Assembly (NCBI GenBank): GCA_963805625.1
Contig: CAWDVE010000013.1
Coordinates: 610,458-674,457 of the forward strand
Direction: 5' to 3'
Origin: an uncultured Candidatus Rokubacteria bacterium
GTDB lineage: Bacteria; Methylomirabilota; Methylomirabilia; Rokubacteriales; DASRDR01
Length of the DNA: 64,000 nt
Shown here: one piece after another, positions 32,021 through 42,140 of the stretch
Position numbering within the stretch: position 1 is the first letter of the stretch
Layout: every line of letters begins with the position of its first letter
Notes under the pieces: generated by a model
The model's input: only the letters and a program-made list of their open reading frames with translations
What the model was told of the DNA's origin: nothing
The model's database searches: none
Program-made: the position numbers and the translations under genes

Positions 32021-33342
32021 CCAGCACTTCCCGTCGCCCTGTGGCTCGCTGTGGCGACCGTGCCGATCCTCGTCAACAAATCACGGGCGAGCTCACTGCG
32101 GGTATGTCTGACCAGCCAAGCCTGGAGATCGGCGCTCGTCAGGTCCTCGGGTTCATTCTGGACCATGTTGTCCAATACGGCCCCGAGTGCGTCCAGATCT
32201 CCAATGGGAACCACGGTCCCTGCCCTCAAGTGCCGAACTAACGTCTCGACCTCGCCCCCTCGGCCAACGACGAGGATCGGACGCCTTGCCGCGAGATACT
32301 CGTAGATCTTCCCCGGCAGGTAGCGCGCAAGCCGCTGATTGTTGAGAATCAATAGCATGCGGGCGCTTCGCATGATCCGAATCGCCTCATCGCGGGGGAC
32401 CTGGTCGATGGCTGACACCACTTCGCGGTGCGGGAACGCCTCGAGCCGTTTCCTTGTCGAAAGGGATTTGTGCCCGACGAAGCTCACCCGCAGTTCAGTC
32501 TTCAAACTCGGGGACCGATCGATGACGTCAGCCAGCATCGCAAGAAACGCGTCCGGGGGCGTGTGATCGCCGAGATTGCCCACAAAGGCGAGCAGCGGTG
32601 AGCGCACTAAGGGAACAGCCAGCAAGGCCTCCGGGGAGTGGTCCACAGGTTCCCAGCCGTTCGGCACCACGGCACACCTGACGCTGTCGAGATCCGGGAA
32701 GGTCGCCAGGTGCTTGGCTCGCTGCGACTCTGTGGTGAAAATGACGAGATTGGCCCCTGCCAGCGTGCGCCGTTCCCACCATCGGTCAGCCCTTCCCGTC
32801 CTGACGAACTCGAAGGGGCAGTTGGTCCACTCATCCCGGTAATCGAGCACGAGCGGAGCCCGGTAGTGTCGCGCGAGGTAATACCCCGCGACATGAAGTG
32901 AAAAGGGCGGCCCGGACGCGAGAACGACGCTGGGTCGAACGGGGCCGAGCAGACGTCTCGCGGCCGCGACGACGTCGAGCGCGGTCAGGAAGCCCCCGTC
33001 GACATCGAAGACGTACCGCCCCGCCTCCGGGATCCTGGCAACCCGGGTGTCCCGCGGCAGCGCTTCCAGAAGCCGTTGGCCCGCCGCTTCCGCAGGCATC
33101 CCAGGGTCCCTCCCGACCACTACGAAGCGCCAGCCGAGAGCCACTCCGTGCCGGACGAGCGAAAGCGGCCGATACGTGCCGCCCGACACCACCGGGGGGA
33201 TATACCACGCAAGCAAGAGCATCGTCGCGCTGTCGGCGGCCGAATATCGGGCTCCGCGTCCGATCGACGCCGACAGCTCAGTGGCGACCCATCGTCCCGT
33301 GCCGCAGGAGACGCGCCAGGCCTTGCGCACGAGGTTCGCCAT
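32017..33342 (-). CDS. Glycosyltransferase family 4
   Basis: 'SGPPFSLH', 'LDYRDEW', 'VPNGWE', 'PGKIYEYLAARRPIL'. Confidence 0.88.
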   Translation of the reverse strand: MANLVRKAWRVSCGTGRWVATELSASIGRGARYSAADSATMLLLAWYIPPVVSGGTYRPLSLVRHGVALGWRFVVVGRDPGMPAEAAGQRLLEALPRDTRVARIPEAGRYVFDVDGGFLTALDVVAAARRLLGPVRPSVVLASGPPFSLHVAGYYLARHYRAPLVLDYRDEWTNCPFEFVRTGRADRWWERRTLAGANLVIFTTESQRAKHLATFPDLDSVRCAVVPNGWEPVDHSPEALLAVPLVRSPLLAFVGNLGDHTPPDAFLAMLADVIDRSPSLKTELRVSFVGHKSLSTRKRLEAFPHREVVSAIDQVPRDEAIRIMRSARMLLILNNQRLARYLPGKIYEYLAARRPILVVGRGGEVETLVRHLRAGTVVPIGDLDALGAVLDNMVQNEPEDLTSADLQAWLVRHTRSELARDLLTRIGTVATASHRATGSAG

Positions 33343-33501
33343 GATTGGTGTGTCAGCGGATCTCAAGACCCGCACTGAATGCGAGGGTCGAGCGCCAGGG
33401 GCGGACGCCGTCGGAACAGGAAAAAGGATGCACTATCACGGGCATAGAAGCTTTCGTCAATATAGTCACAAGTGCCAGTTCCATCGATGCCAACAGCTAC
33501 A

Positions 33502-33627
33502 TGCAACAATGTTGCCAGGAGGAGTATGAGGCGTAATTGCCTGATCACGGAGGCCGTCCGACCAAGGCCCGTGTTTTTCCGATCGTTCAATGAAGCGACC
33601 TTCCCGACCTAGGCACATCTCTTCACA
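33502..33627 (-). promoter_or_regulatory. Sigma54 promoter with IHF-like site and upstream enhancer-like motif
   Basis: TGGCAACATTGTTGCA (33517-33502). GATCAGGCAATTA (33546-33534) lies 16 nt upstream. TGTGAAGAGATGTGCCTA at 33627-33610. Confidence 0.72.
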
Positions 33628-33851
33628 ATGTCATGGCCGCGAAGCATGCCGAGTCTCTGGTCCTTGGACCGTCGGATGCCTTCGGGCAAGAGTTACTGCG
33701 GCATTAGCCGGGACGGCATTGCCGGACCTGGGGGTCCAAGCTCAGAACATTCACACACCCTGTCGTGCACCGCGGGCATGCGCTCGTTGCAGCGACACCG
33801 CGGGCGCTAATCTCTTAGAGCACACCCCAAGCGTGATAGGCTAACCGCGAA

Positions 33852-35012
33852 ATGCCGATTGACCGCGCCTCGTCGGCCAAGGAACCTGTCGTTGACCTCG
33901 TGGCTGGCGCCCGGCCCAACTTCATGAAGCTCGCGCCGGTGGTGTGGGCGCTTGCGGCGGAGGCCCATCTGCGCGTCCGCATCGTCCACACCGGGCAACA
34001 CTATGACGACGCGATGTCAGCGGTCTTCTTCGAGGACCTCGGCATCCCAGCCCCGGACGTTAACCTCGAAGTCGGCTCTGGCACCCACGGCGCCCAAACC
34101 GCACGCATCCTAGAGCGCTACGAAGCGCACCTCCTCACGCGGCGTCCGGCGGCCACCGTGGTATTCGGCGACGTCAACAGCACACTCGCGTGCGCTCTGG
34201 CGGCCGTCAAGCTCGGCGTGGCGGTCGTGCACGTGGAAGCAGGGCTCCGCAGCTTCGATCGCACTATGCCGGAAGAGATCAACCGCCACCTCACCGACCA
34301 ACTCGCGGATCTCCTGTTGGTCTCCGAGCCGAGCGGAGTCGCGAACTTGCGGCGAGAGGGCGTCCCTGATGCCAAGGTGCGCCTAGTCGGGAACGTGATG
34401 ATCGACACGCTGCGTCGCGAGTTGCCGCGGGCCCGCGCGCGCGGTACCGCTGCGCGCCTGGGGCTGGGAGAGTGCGCATACGGCCTCATCACGATGCACC
34501 GTCCATCGAATGTGGATGACCCGGTGACGCTTCGTGGGCTGATCGAGCTGTTTCACGAGCTGGCGGCCGCGCTGCCGATGGTGTTCCCAGTTCATCCGAG
34601 GGCGCGCGAGGCCGCGCGCCAAGCCGGCTGCGGCGAGCGGCTAGCGTGTGGGCCTAGCCGCCTTATCTGCTTGCCGCCCCAGCCTTATCTCGACATGCTG
34701 GCGCTGGTTGCTGGCGCGCGGGTCGTCCTCACCGACTCCGGCGGCCTACAAGAAGAAACCTCCGTGCTCGGGATCCCATGCCTCACACTGCGGGAAAACA
34801 CAGAGCGACCGGTGACAGTTGAGCTCGGGACGAGTCGATTGGTCGGCAAGAATGCGGCCAGGATCCGGGCGGCGTTCGAGGACGCCCTACGTGGCGATTG
34901 GCCTCCTGGCGGCGACATCCCCTACTGGGACGGGAGGGCCGGCCCTCGGGTCGCCGCCGCCCTAACGGAATGGCTCGGAGTCGCGGTCGGACCCCGACAC
35001 GTTAGCAGCTGA
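33852..35012 (+). CDS. wecB: UDP-N-acetylglucosamine 2-epimerase (second copy)
   Basis: 'GARPNFMK', 'HTGQHYD', 'HVEAGLRSFDRTMPEEINR', 'TDSGGLQEE', 'RENTERP'. Confidence 0.93.
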   Translation: MPIDRASSAKEPVVDLVAGARPNFMKLAPVVWALAAEAHLRVRIVHTGQHYDDAMSAVFFEDLGIPAPDVNLEVGSGTHGAQTARILERYEAHLLTRRPAATVVFGDVNSTLACALAAVKLGVAVVHVEAGLRSFDRTMPEEINRHLTDQLADLLLVSEPSGVANLRREGVPDAKVRLVGNVMIDTLRRELPRARARGTAARLGLGECAYGLITMHRPSNVDDPVTLRGLIELFHELAAALPMVFPVHPRAREAARQAGCGERLACGPSRLICLPPQPYLDMLALVAGARVVLTDSGGLQEETSVLGIPCLTLRENTERPVTVELGTSRLVGKNAARIRAAFEDALRGDWPPGGDIPYWDGRAGPRVAAALTEWLGVAVGPRHVSS

Positions 35013-35124
35013 AACGTCTCCGCATGGAGCGGTAGGAGGCCGGCGCCATTAGCCTGACTTGGCAAAGTGTTCCAGCCGAGGGTTGACGAGACCCGGAGCT
35101 TGGGTCGCCTGAGCCTTTCCTGCT

Positions 35125-35799
35125 TCAACGCGCAAGCAGACGCGCCCAAAAGCCTTTCTCTCCCGGACCGATGGTCCGCGAATTCCGGACGACGTAAGGC
35201 TGCTTCCCCCACCAGCGTTTGAGGACCTCGGAGCTCTCGGCGAGCATGCGATAGATCGCGAACCGCTCGGTTCGTGCGATGCGCTCCCAAACCGGCTCTT
35301 CGTCCAGGAAATCCGCGATGATCTTGCCGGTCCAGAGCTGGATGTCATCGATGATGATGACGCCGCGGAGCTTGAGCAAGCGGGTCATGTAGTACCAATC
35401 GATGCAGGGCGCGGGAAACGCGTGGTTGCCGTCGACCAGTGCGAGATCGAGCTCCGGTACCGGGGCGAGCGCCGGCAGCACGACTTCGGAGCTTCCGACG
35501 ATCGGCGAATAGCCGACGACGTCGATCCCATGTTCCTTGCAGTAGGCGCGGATCCGATCCGGCTCGCCGGGATCCGGGCTGATCGAGCGGTGTTGCGCGC
35601 CGAGCGCCAGAAAAATCACCGTGCTAATGCCCGACCCCGTTTCGAGAGTCTGAGAGCCAGGACGCACGCGCTCTTTCAAATAGGGAACCAAGTGCGGGTG
35701 AACGCCGTAGCTCGTGACTCCGCCCCTGCCGTCGGCGTGAAATTGAGGCTGGGCCTTCAAGAGCTCTTCGATTTGCTCGAACGCGGACATGGCCCTCAT
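35125..35799 (-). CDS. Class I SAM-dependent methyltransferase (Methyltransf_24-like)
   Basis: 'LETGSGIST', 'DLALVDGNHAFP', 'GVIIIDD'. Confidence 0.82.
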   Translation of the reverse strand: MRAMSAFEQIEELLKAQPQFHADGRGGVTSYGVHPHLVPYLKERVRPGSQTLETGSGISTVIFLALGAQHRSISPDPGEPDRIRAYCKEHGIDVVGYSPIVGSSEVVLPALAPVPELDLALVDGNHAFPAPCIDWYYMTRLLKLRGVIIIDDIQLWTGKIIADFLDEEPVWERIARTERFAIYRMLAESSEVLKRWWGKQPYVVRNSRTIGPGEKGFWARLLAR

Positions 35800-36299
35800 G
35801 CTGCCACCCTTCCCGCCGAACGACGCCAGCGCGAGCGCCTCGGCCCAGTGGACGCGTCAGTCGCGAACGGAGCTCTCATGAACAGCGGACACAAACTCGC
35901 GGCCGAGCACGGTCGCGATTTCCGCCGTCGCTCTCGTGCTCGGAGCGCGCGCCGACACGCACTCGCTCGCCGGGCCTGCCGCCCCGGCCGGCCGGTGCCC
36001 ACCATAGCGCGACGGGAGGGGGAACCAGGCACTGGGACGACGCGGAAAGGGGCTCCGCACATGAAGAGGCCAATGCTGTACTGACGTTGCATCTGACGGA
36101 CCCGCCTTTCACGCTGACCGAAGGTCATCGGCGACGCCTGATCGCCGATGGGATCGCTCGGAACGTATCTGGGTCACCAGGAACGCGGTGAGCGATACCC
36201 TCCTGGTGACCCGAGAGCGAGCGAAGACACGTGGGCCTTCCGGAATACCGTGACCTCGACTCGTTCAGCACGTGGTTCCATATGGCGTGAATGCCGACG

Positions 36300-37613
36300 T
36301 CAACCTCGATGCTGATTCGTCTGGACCGTCACGCACTTGCCGACCTCGTGATCGAAGTGAGTGGCGATAGCGGTCGGCGCGAATTCGCTCCTGGCTCGTG
36401 CAAATCCCGTCGCCGCCATCGCCTGTCTCGTCTCGGGATTCGTGTACAAGAACATCAGTGCGCTCGCCAGTTGCTCGGGCGAATCTTCGGGCACGAGGAG
36501 TCCTGTCTTCCCGTGCATGACTGCTTCGGGGATGCCGCCGCCTGTGGATCCCACACCGGGGACGCCAAACGCCGCCGCTTCGATGAAGCCGATCCCGAAC
36601 CCCTCGTGCTGCACCCTGGAGTCGACGCGGGACGGCATGACGAACACGTCGGCGCGCTGGAGAAGCGGCCATTTCGCCTCGTCGCAGACCGACCCCATGA
36701 AACGCACGCTGTGCTCGATGCCGAGCGCGTGCGCCATCCTCTCGAGGGACTGTCGTTCGCCGCCGTCTCCGACGACGACGTATTCAAAGGGGACCCCTGC
36801 CGCATCCAGGATCTTGAGAGCCCGCAAGACGATGTCGATGCCCTTGCTTCTGACCAGACGGCAGATGGTGATCAGGTTGTATCGCCCGCCCGCATTGGTC
36901 TTGTGCAAATGGCCTCCCCGGATCGCCTCTTCCGCGACCGGAGGATGGACGACGATGAGTTTGTGCGAGGGCAGACGCCAGGGGTTCAACAGGGACCGCG
37001 TGTGCTGTGAATTCGCGACTATCCATGCGGCTCGCCTGAGCATCATGCCGCGCCTGACGGTGTCGTTGAGCCTGCCCGAGTAGCGGCGAACCTCGAAGTC
37101 GTGGGCGATGATGCCGTAGGGAATTCGCCTCTCGGCTAGGAACAGCGCGAACGGGTACAGGTTGAGGTCCAGATGTCCGAACACGACCATCTGTGACTGC
37201 TCGGGGTTCAGCATCTGCTGGAGCTGATTGATCGACCTGACCGAGGCGTCGAACACTCGCGTTCGTTCGACGAGCCGACGCAGGGTCGGCGATTGGAGGC
37301 AACGCATCATTTCCAGGACGCTGACGACCCCGGAAGCGATGCGGTTCTGTGGCCTCCGGTCGTAGGACACGCGAAACGGCGTGACCCAGGGTTCGTATCC
37401 CGTGAGGAACCTCAAGCGGTCGCGGTCGTCCGGGGGTATGACGGCGAGCACGTGCACGTCGGCTCCGAGCCGAATGAGCCCCCGAGCCAGGGTGTCAAGA
37501 TACGCGGCGATACCGCCGGGCTTGGGCTTGTAGTCCGTGGCGATGAACGTATACCGTCGGGCCCTGGAGCCTGGTCTTGATTCGCCGCTCAATGCCATCA
37601 GGGGCCCGGGCAT
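36300..37613 (-). CDS. Glycosyltransferase family 4
   Basis: 'PKPGGIAAY', 'RLVRSKG', 'EGFGIGFIEAAAFGVP', 'GGIPEAV'. Confidence 0.9.
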   Translation of the reverse strand: MPGPLMALSGESRPGSRARRYTFIATDYKPKPGGIAAYLDTLARGLIRLGADVHVLAVIPPDDRDRLRFLTGYEPWVTPFRVSYDRRPQNRIASGVVSVLEMMRCLQSPTLRRLVERTRVFDASVRSINQLQQMLNPEQSQMVVFGHLDLNLYPFALFLAERRIPYGIIAHDFEVRRYSGRLNDTVRRGMMLRRAAWIVANSQHTRSLLNPWRLPSHKLIVVHPPVAEEAIRGGHLHKTNAGGRYNLITICRLVRSKGIDIVLRALKILDAAGVPFEYVVVGDGGERQSLERMAHALGIEHSVRFMGSVCDEAKWPLLQRADVFVMPSRVDSRVQHEGFGIGFIEAAAFGVPGVGSTGGGIPEAVMHGKTGLLVPEDSPEQLASALMFLYTNPETRQAMAATGFARARSEFAPTAIATHFDHEVGKCVTVQTNQHRG

Positions 37614-37674
37614 CGCGTCACGCTCCGCTCCAAATGACGTGCAGTGATGCGCCGCCGCCGCCCTCGAGCCGAGC

Positions 37675-38625
37675 TCAGTGTGGTGTGGCAACGGCTCTCC
37701 GTGCTTCGAGGAGCGATCGGAAGATCTCCAGGCCGTAACCAGCGAAGTACGCGGCCGCGCCCGCATCTTTCATGAGTTCGGGGGTGCGCGCCTTGCCGCG
37801 GACAAGGGAGACAAGAGCGCGCCGAGCATAGAGGGCCGTGCGCTTCATCGCGCCCAGTGCCGGCCGCACCCGTGCCTCTCGTCCTTCCTGGAGATCTTCG
37901 AAGATCGCCTTGCTCCTGCCATCAGCCAGGCTGCGACGGAGGAGCCAGCGGCGGGTCACGCGCTCCACCTCGACCCGGTGGTACACGAGAGCACCCGGTT
38001 GGTAAACCACCTTGATCCCCTGCTGATTCAAGCGATAGAAGAGCTCCGTCTCGTCGAGGGAGATCAGGTTTCTACCCGTCCGTCCGAGTCGTGTGGAGAA
38101 GCCGCCGCACGCCACCAGCAGCGCGCGCTTGATGGACATGTTGAGCCCATAAGGATACACCGGATACGTGATGTGCTGCCTCAGGTCACCGAGATCCAAG
38201 GCGCCGTAATAGCCTTCCAATGACTGCGGAAGCCACTCGGGGCGTCGGGTTGGCCACCGCAACTTCACCCGACCGCCGACAGCCCCCACATCGGCATCGG
38301 AGTCGTACGCGGCCCACAGCTCCGCCGCCCAGCATGCGGACGCGCTCGCGTCGTCGTCCATGAACGCAATGACATCGCCGCGCGCCTCGCGGACACCGCG
38401 GTTTCGCGCGTGGGACAGCCCCAAGCAAGGTTCATGGACGTACCGCAAATTGGCGCAGCACGCGGCTCGGTTCTCCACCACGCGCCTCGTCTCGTCAGTC
38501 GAACCATTGTCAATGACGAGGACCTCATAGGGCACAGGGGCAGCTTTCTGAGACATGAGACTGTCGATCGCCTCGCTCAGGAGGCTGCAGCGGTTCAGCG
38601 TACAGACCACAACTGAGAGGCTCAT
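37675..38625 (-). CDS. Glycosyltransferase family 2
   Basis: 'SVVVCTLNR', 'IDNGSTD', 'GLSHARNRG', 'FMDDD'. Confidence 0.92.
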   Translation of the reverse strand: MSLSVVVCTLNRCSLLSEAIDSLMSQKAAPVPYEVLVIDNGSTDETRRVVENRAACCANLRYVHEPCLGLSHARNRGVREARGDVIAFMDDDASASACWAAELWAAYDSDADVGAVGGRVKLRWPTRRPEWLPQSLEGYYGALDLGDLRQHITYPVYPYGLNMSIKRALLVACGGFSTRLGRTGRNLISLDETELFYRLNQQGIKVVYQPGALVYHRVEVERVTRRWLLRRSLADGRSKAIFEDLQEGREARVRPALGAMKRTALYARRALVSLVRGKARTPELMKDAGAAAYFAGYGLEIFRSLLEARRAVATPH

Positions 38626-38930
38626 TGGCGCCTCCGACCCTCGCTTTGCCAGGCGCGGACCGGAGCCAGCTGGCGGTCTTCGAACGCATCAAGAGGCTGG
38701 TGCGGTCCCCGCGGGCACTCGTCGGCGCTCGGCTGGAGTTTCGTGGTCGGTGGGCGGATGGCAACGTCCTGCACCCTGTCGCGACGAGCCCGGACGCACC
38801 GGGTCATGCGCGACCCCGTTATCCACGGCGAATCGTCTTTGAGGTGTGGGTAGGCTCGTACGCGGCTCCCAGGCCGTCGAGCATGATTGCTACCTCGCTC
38901 GATTGACCGTGCCTTGACGATGGGGATCAC
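38622..38930 (-). CDS. Hypothetical small ORF
   Basis: 102-codon ORF overlapping both neighbours by 4 nt. No recognisable motif. Confidence 0.25.
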   Translation of the reverse strand: MIPIVKARSIERGSNHARRPGSRVRAYPHLKDDSPWITGSRMTRCVRARRDRVQDVAIRPPTTKLQPSADECPRGPHQPLDAFEDRQLAPVRAWQSEGRRRQ

Positions 38931-40125
38931 TTGAGCCTTCCGACCGCACGCATCCGTCGTGGTATCCGGCCGAGCGCGGACAGGCGTCTGTGACCACGCC
39001 TCAAGAGGGTGAGGAGCAGGTCTCGGGCTGGGACATCGTCGAGAGCTGTGCGGCGTCCATCCAGGTTGCCATCTCGCAGCAGCGCGGCGAGGGACTTGAG
39101 CGCAAGGCCAGGCGAGCCCGCCCGGCGTTCTTCGTCGAGCAGGAAAGAGAGCAGCGCCTCGCTGACTCGGTTGGTCAGCCGGTCATCCGTGCCCGCGGGG
39201 ATCGCCGACCCGAACTGGAGGCCGAAGCCGAGCGACCGCACGGCCGATGCCGTCAAATCAAGCGGTCGTTCCTCCCGGCACGTGTCGATCAGTGTCCGGG
39301 CTTCCTCGAGTGCCCCCTGCGCCAGGGCGAGCCCGGCGCACCTGAACGCCCATTCCGCGACGGCGCCGTCGCCGGAGCAGGTACACCCCTCGGTGAACTC
39401 CGGGTGAGGCCGGGGCACGCGCGGGTCAGCGGCATGGGCCCGACGGATGACCTGGAGCCCGGCGTGGAAGAAGCTTCGCGTGCTCCTACTGAGGCTGCCG
39501 GGCACGAGCCGATAGACAGCGAGAGTCCGGGCGATGCGACCGAACCTGACTCCGGCCCGCGCAATCCGTACCCACAAGTCCCAGTCGTGGCAGTGGCGCA
39601 TCGAGGCATCGAACCCGCCGACCCCCTCGACGACAGAACGGCGGGCCAGAACGCCATGGCAAGGAAAGAGATTGCCGTGCGCGAGCCGCTCGAACAGGAG
39701 TCCCCCTCCTGCTCCGTCGAGCCAGTCCAGGTAGATACGTTGCCGTGCACATCGCTGTACGACCATCCGCAATGGACCGCGCCTAGCGAGCCGTCCCGGT
39801 CGAGCTGGCGGCTCATGACAGAGTAGGCGTCAGGCAGCATCCAATCATCCGCATCCAGGAAGTGAACGAACTCGCCCGAGGCCATGCCGAGGCCCGCGTT
39901 GCGGGCGGCCCCCAGCCCCGCGTTCGCTTGGTGAACAGCCACGATCCGGGCGTCCCGGCACGAATAGTCACGGATGACATCCGCCGAGTCGTCAGTGGAA
40001 CCGTCGTTCACGACGACGGCCTCCCACGCGGTGAAGGTCTGCTCGCGGAGACTGTCGAGCGTCCTCGACAGGGTGAGACCGCCGTTGAAGCACGGAACGA
40101 CGACAGTCAGGCGTGGGCCGGGCAT
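38927..40125 (-). CDS. Glycosyltransferase family 2 (frameshift near 39730)
   Basis: 'VVVPCFN', 'VNDGSTD', 'NAGLGAARN', 'FLDADD', then 'DWDLWVRIA' in a second frame. Confidence 0.85.
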
Positions 40126-41384
40126 CAGGTGCTGCGTGCCGGCCACCACCCTTGCGTAATCTGGCGGCGAAAGACGAAAGGCCACCAGATCGGTGATCGG
40201 TCGGGTCCAAGAACGCTGGCCGAGATCGCCAGAGCGAGGGGACGGAACCACTGCGAGAACATGTCTCCGCCCGCGCGGTGGAACGGTAGCGTCTGGCAAC
40301 CCGCGTATCCCAGCTGTTCTCCCCGGCAGTCTGACCGCAGAGCGCGTTTCAGGGCGCCCAGCCGGGCCCGGAACCCGAGCGTGGCCGGCCCGACGGCGGC
40401 ATGGAGCCAGGCCGCTCGGCCACGGTCGACGGCCGGATCATGGCGGTTCCGGAAGGCGCCGTCGGGACGCTGGTTGCGAAGGAGCGCGGCGAGCGCGCGG
40501 GCCAGCGCCGCCTCGATGTCCCGACGCCGATAGTCCGCGAGACGGTGCATGTTCGCCAGAATGTCGAGGGCGTCCAGGTCCTCGCACGGCCCTCCCCCTG
40601 TCATTCCCGGGAGGAACAGGCCATCCGGCTGCTGCAGATCCAGCGTGAGGTCGACGATGGCATCGATGGATGGCACAGGAGAGCCGGTCGCGTAGTAGAA
40701 GACATAGTGGTGATAAGCCGCCGCCACCAGATGAAGCCTGCGCTGCGGCTCCGGGAGCGCCGGCGCGCCCCACATCCCGGTGCTGGGGTCCTGATGGTCC
40801 TTCAGCCACGTGACGAGGCCGCCAAAGCCGTCGGGCCAGCTCGCCGGTGACAGCGGTACGTCGGCGGCGGTGACGCCAGCGGCGGCCAGCAACCAGTACC
40901 CGATCCACTCGACCCAGTTGCTTTCCCGCCAGGGATTCGTCCAATCGAGCTTGTCGATCCACGTGTAGACAGCGTCGTCATCGCGCCATCGTTCGAGGAA
41001 CTCGAGCGGAGCAGTCGGACGCTCGCCGAGGGCATCGAGGGCCATGACCGCGAGGAAGGTGGTGTGTCCCCGCAGGTAGTCGGCATCGAGGTCGGTCCCG
41101 GGGGGCGGCGTCAGCCGTGGGTCCTCGAACCAGCCGTCGGGCCGCTGATGATCCCGGATCGCACGCACTACCACCATCCGGCGTGCCGGCGCCCAGGTGT
41201 CGAGCCTTCCAAGCACCTCGGCAGCCAAGGTCGCGCAGGCCGAGCCGATCAGGGAAGGGGCGGCTTCCGGCGAAAGACGGAAGGCGCCCCCGCCGCCGTC
41301 CTGGCTGTCGATCCACCGCGCTGCCCGATCGACGAGGTCGCGCCCCATCGGGGTGGTCTGCCCAGCCGGCGTCATGGGGGTCAT
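40125..41384 (-). CDS. Prenyltransferase/squalene-cyclase-repeat (alpha/alpha)-barrel protein, function unknown
   Basis: Repeated QW-like motifs 'HQRPDGWF', 'HQDPSTGMWG', 'LQQPDGLF', 'NQRPDGAF'; also 'GGPCEDLDA'. Confidence 0.65.
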   Translation of the reverse strand: MTPMTPAGQTTPMGRDLVDRAARWIDSQDGGGGAFRLSPEAAPSLIGSACATLAAEVLGRLDTWAPARRMVVVRAIRDHQRPDGWFEDPRLTPPPGTDLDADYLRGHTTFLAVMALDALGERPTAPLEFLERWRDDDAVYTWIDKLDWTNPWRESNWVEWIGYWLLAAAGVTAADVPLSPASWPDGFGGLVTWLKDHQDPSTGMWGAPALPEPQRRLHLVAAAYHHYVFYYATGSPVPSIDAIVDLTLDLQQPDGLFLPGMTGGGPCEDLDALDILANMHRLADYRRRDIEAALARALAALLRNQRPDGAFRNRHDPAVDRGRAAWLHAAVGPATLGFRARLGALKRALRSDCRGEQLGYAGCQTLPFHRAGGDMFSQWFRPLALAISASVLGPDRSPIWWPFVFRRQITQGWWPARST

Positions 41385-42011
41385 GCGCTGTTCCGCTGTC
41401 GGCCCACGTAGTCGCCGATCTCCACGACCACGCCACCAGCCGGTCGCAGCACGAAGGCCGTCTCATGGAAGTGGGACGCGAACAGCGCCCGCAGTTCGTC
41501 TGGCTCGTACTCGTGGACGTGGTAGGGATTCGGCGCGCGGCGCATGTCCGGCACCGGAGAGGTCACGATCACAACGCCGTCGGCAGCCAGCATGCGAGCC
41601 GCTTCATCGACGAACGCTTTGCCGACGGCGACGGGAACGTGCTCAATACCCTCCAAGCAGACGACGACGTCCACGGCTCCTCCGCGCAGGGGTAGCGCGG
41701 TCATGTCGCTGCGACAGAATCGAGCCGACTATCCAAACCGCCGCTGCGCGAAGACTACCGCGTCCTCGCTCATGTCAATACCGAGAGTCCAACGAGCGGA
41801 AGTCAGTAGCGAGGTACCCCAGCCGGTGCCGCACGGGATGTCGACGACACGCCGGCCCGTCACGTACGGCTCGCAAAAGGCGTACCGCTCGCGCAGAGCC
41901 TGCTTCCACGGGCTCCGCTCGCGCCGCCAACCACGGCACGAGGCCTCTGCGCCAGGAGAGCACCCAGCGGTCCCGGAGTCCCGGATCGTCTGGATGTGCT
42001 CGCTCGCTCAT
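41381..42011 (-). CDS. Class I SAM-dependent methyltransferase (frameshifted)
   Basis: Across frames: 'RYAFCEPYVTGRRVVDIPCGTGWG', 'LPLRGGAVDVVVCLEGIEH', 'NPYHVHEY'. Confidence 0.8.
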
Positions 42012-42140
42012 TGTACTGGCAGCTCCGCCGGCATGCGCCCTTATCACCCGCTCGCCCGGCTACCCGAGCGGTCCCCAAACGGGGGATCGATTCTTGTCTG
42101 CGCAAGGCGCTCTTTCGCTCATCTGTCACTCAGCTTGAGG

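Noticed and set aside
40125-41384. Squalene-hopene cyclase or terpene biosynthetic cluster
   Set aside because: Single barrel of 419 aa without the DxDD motif and no isoprenoid genes nearby.
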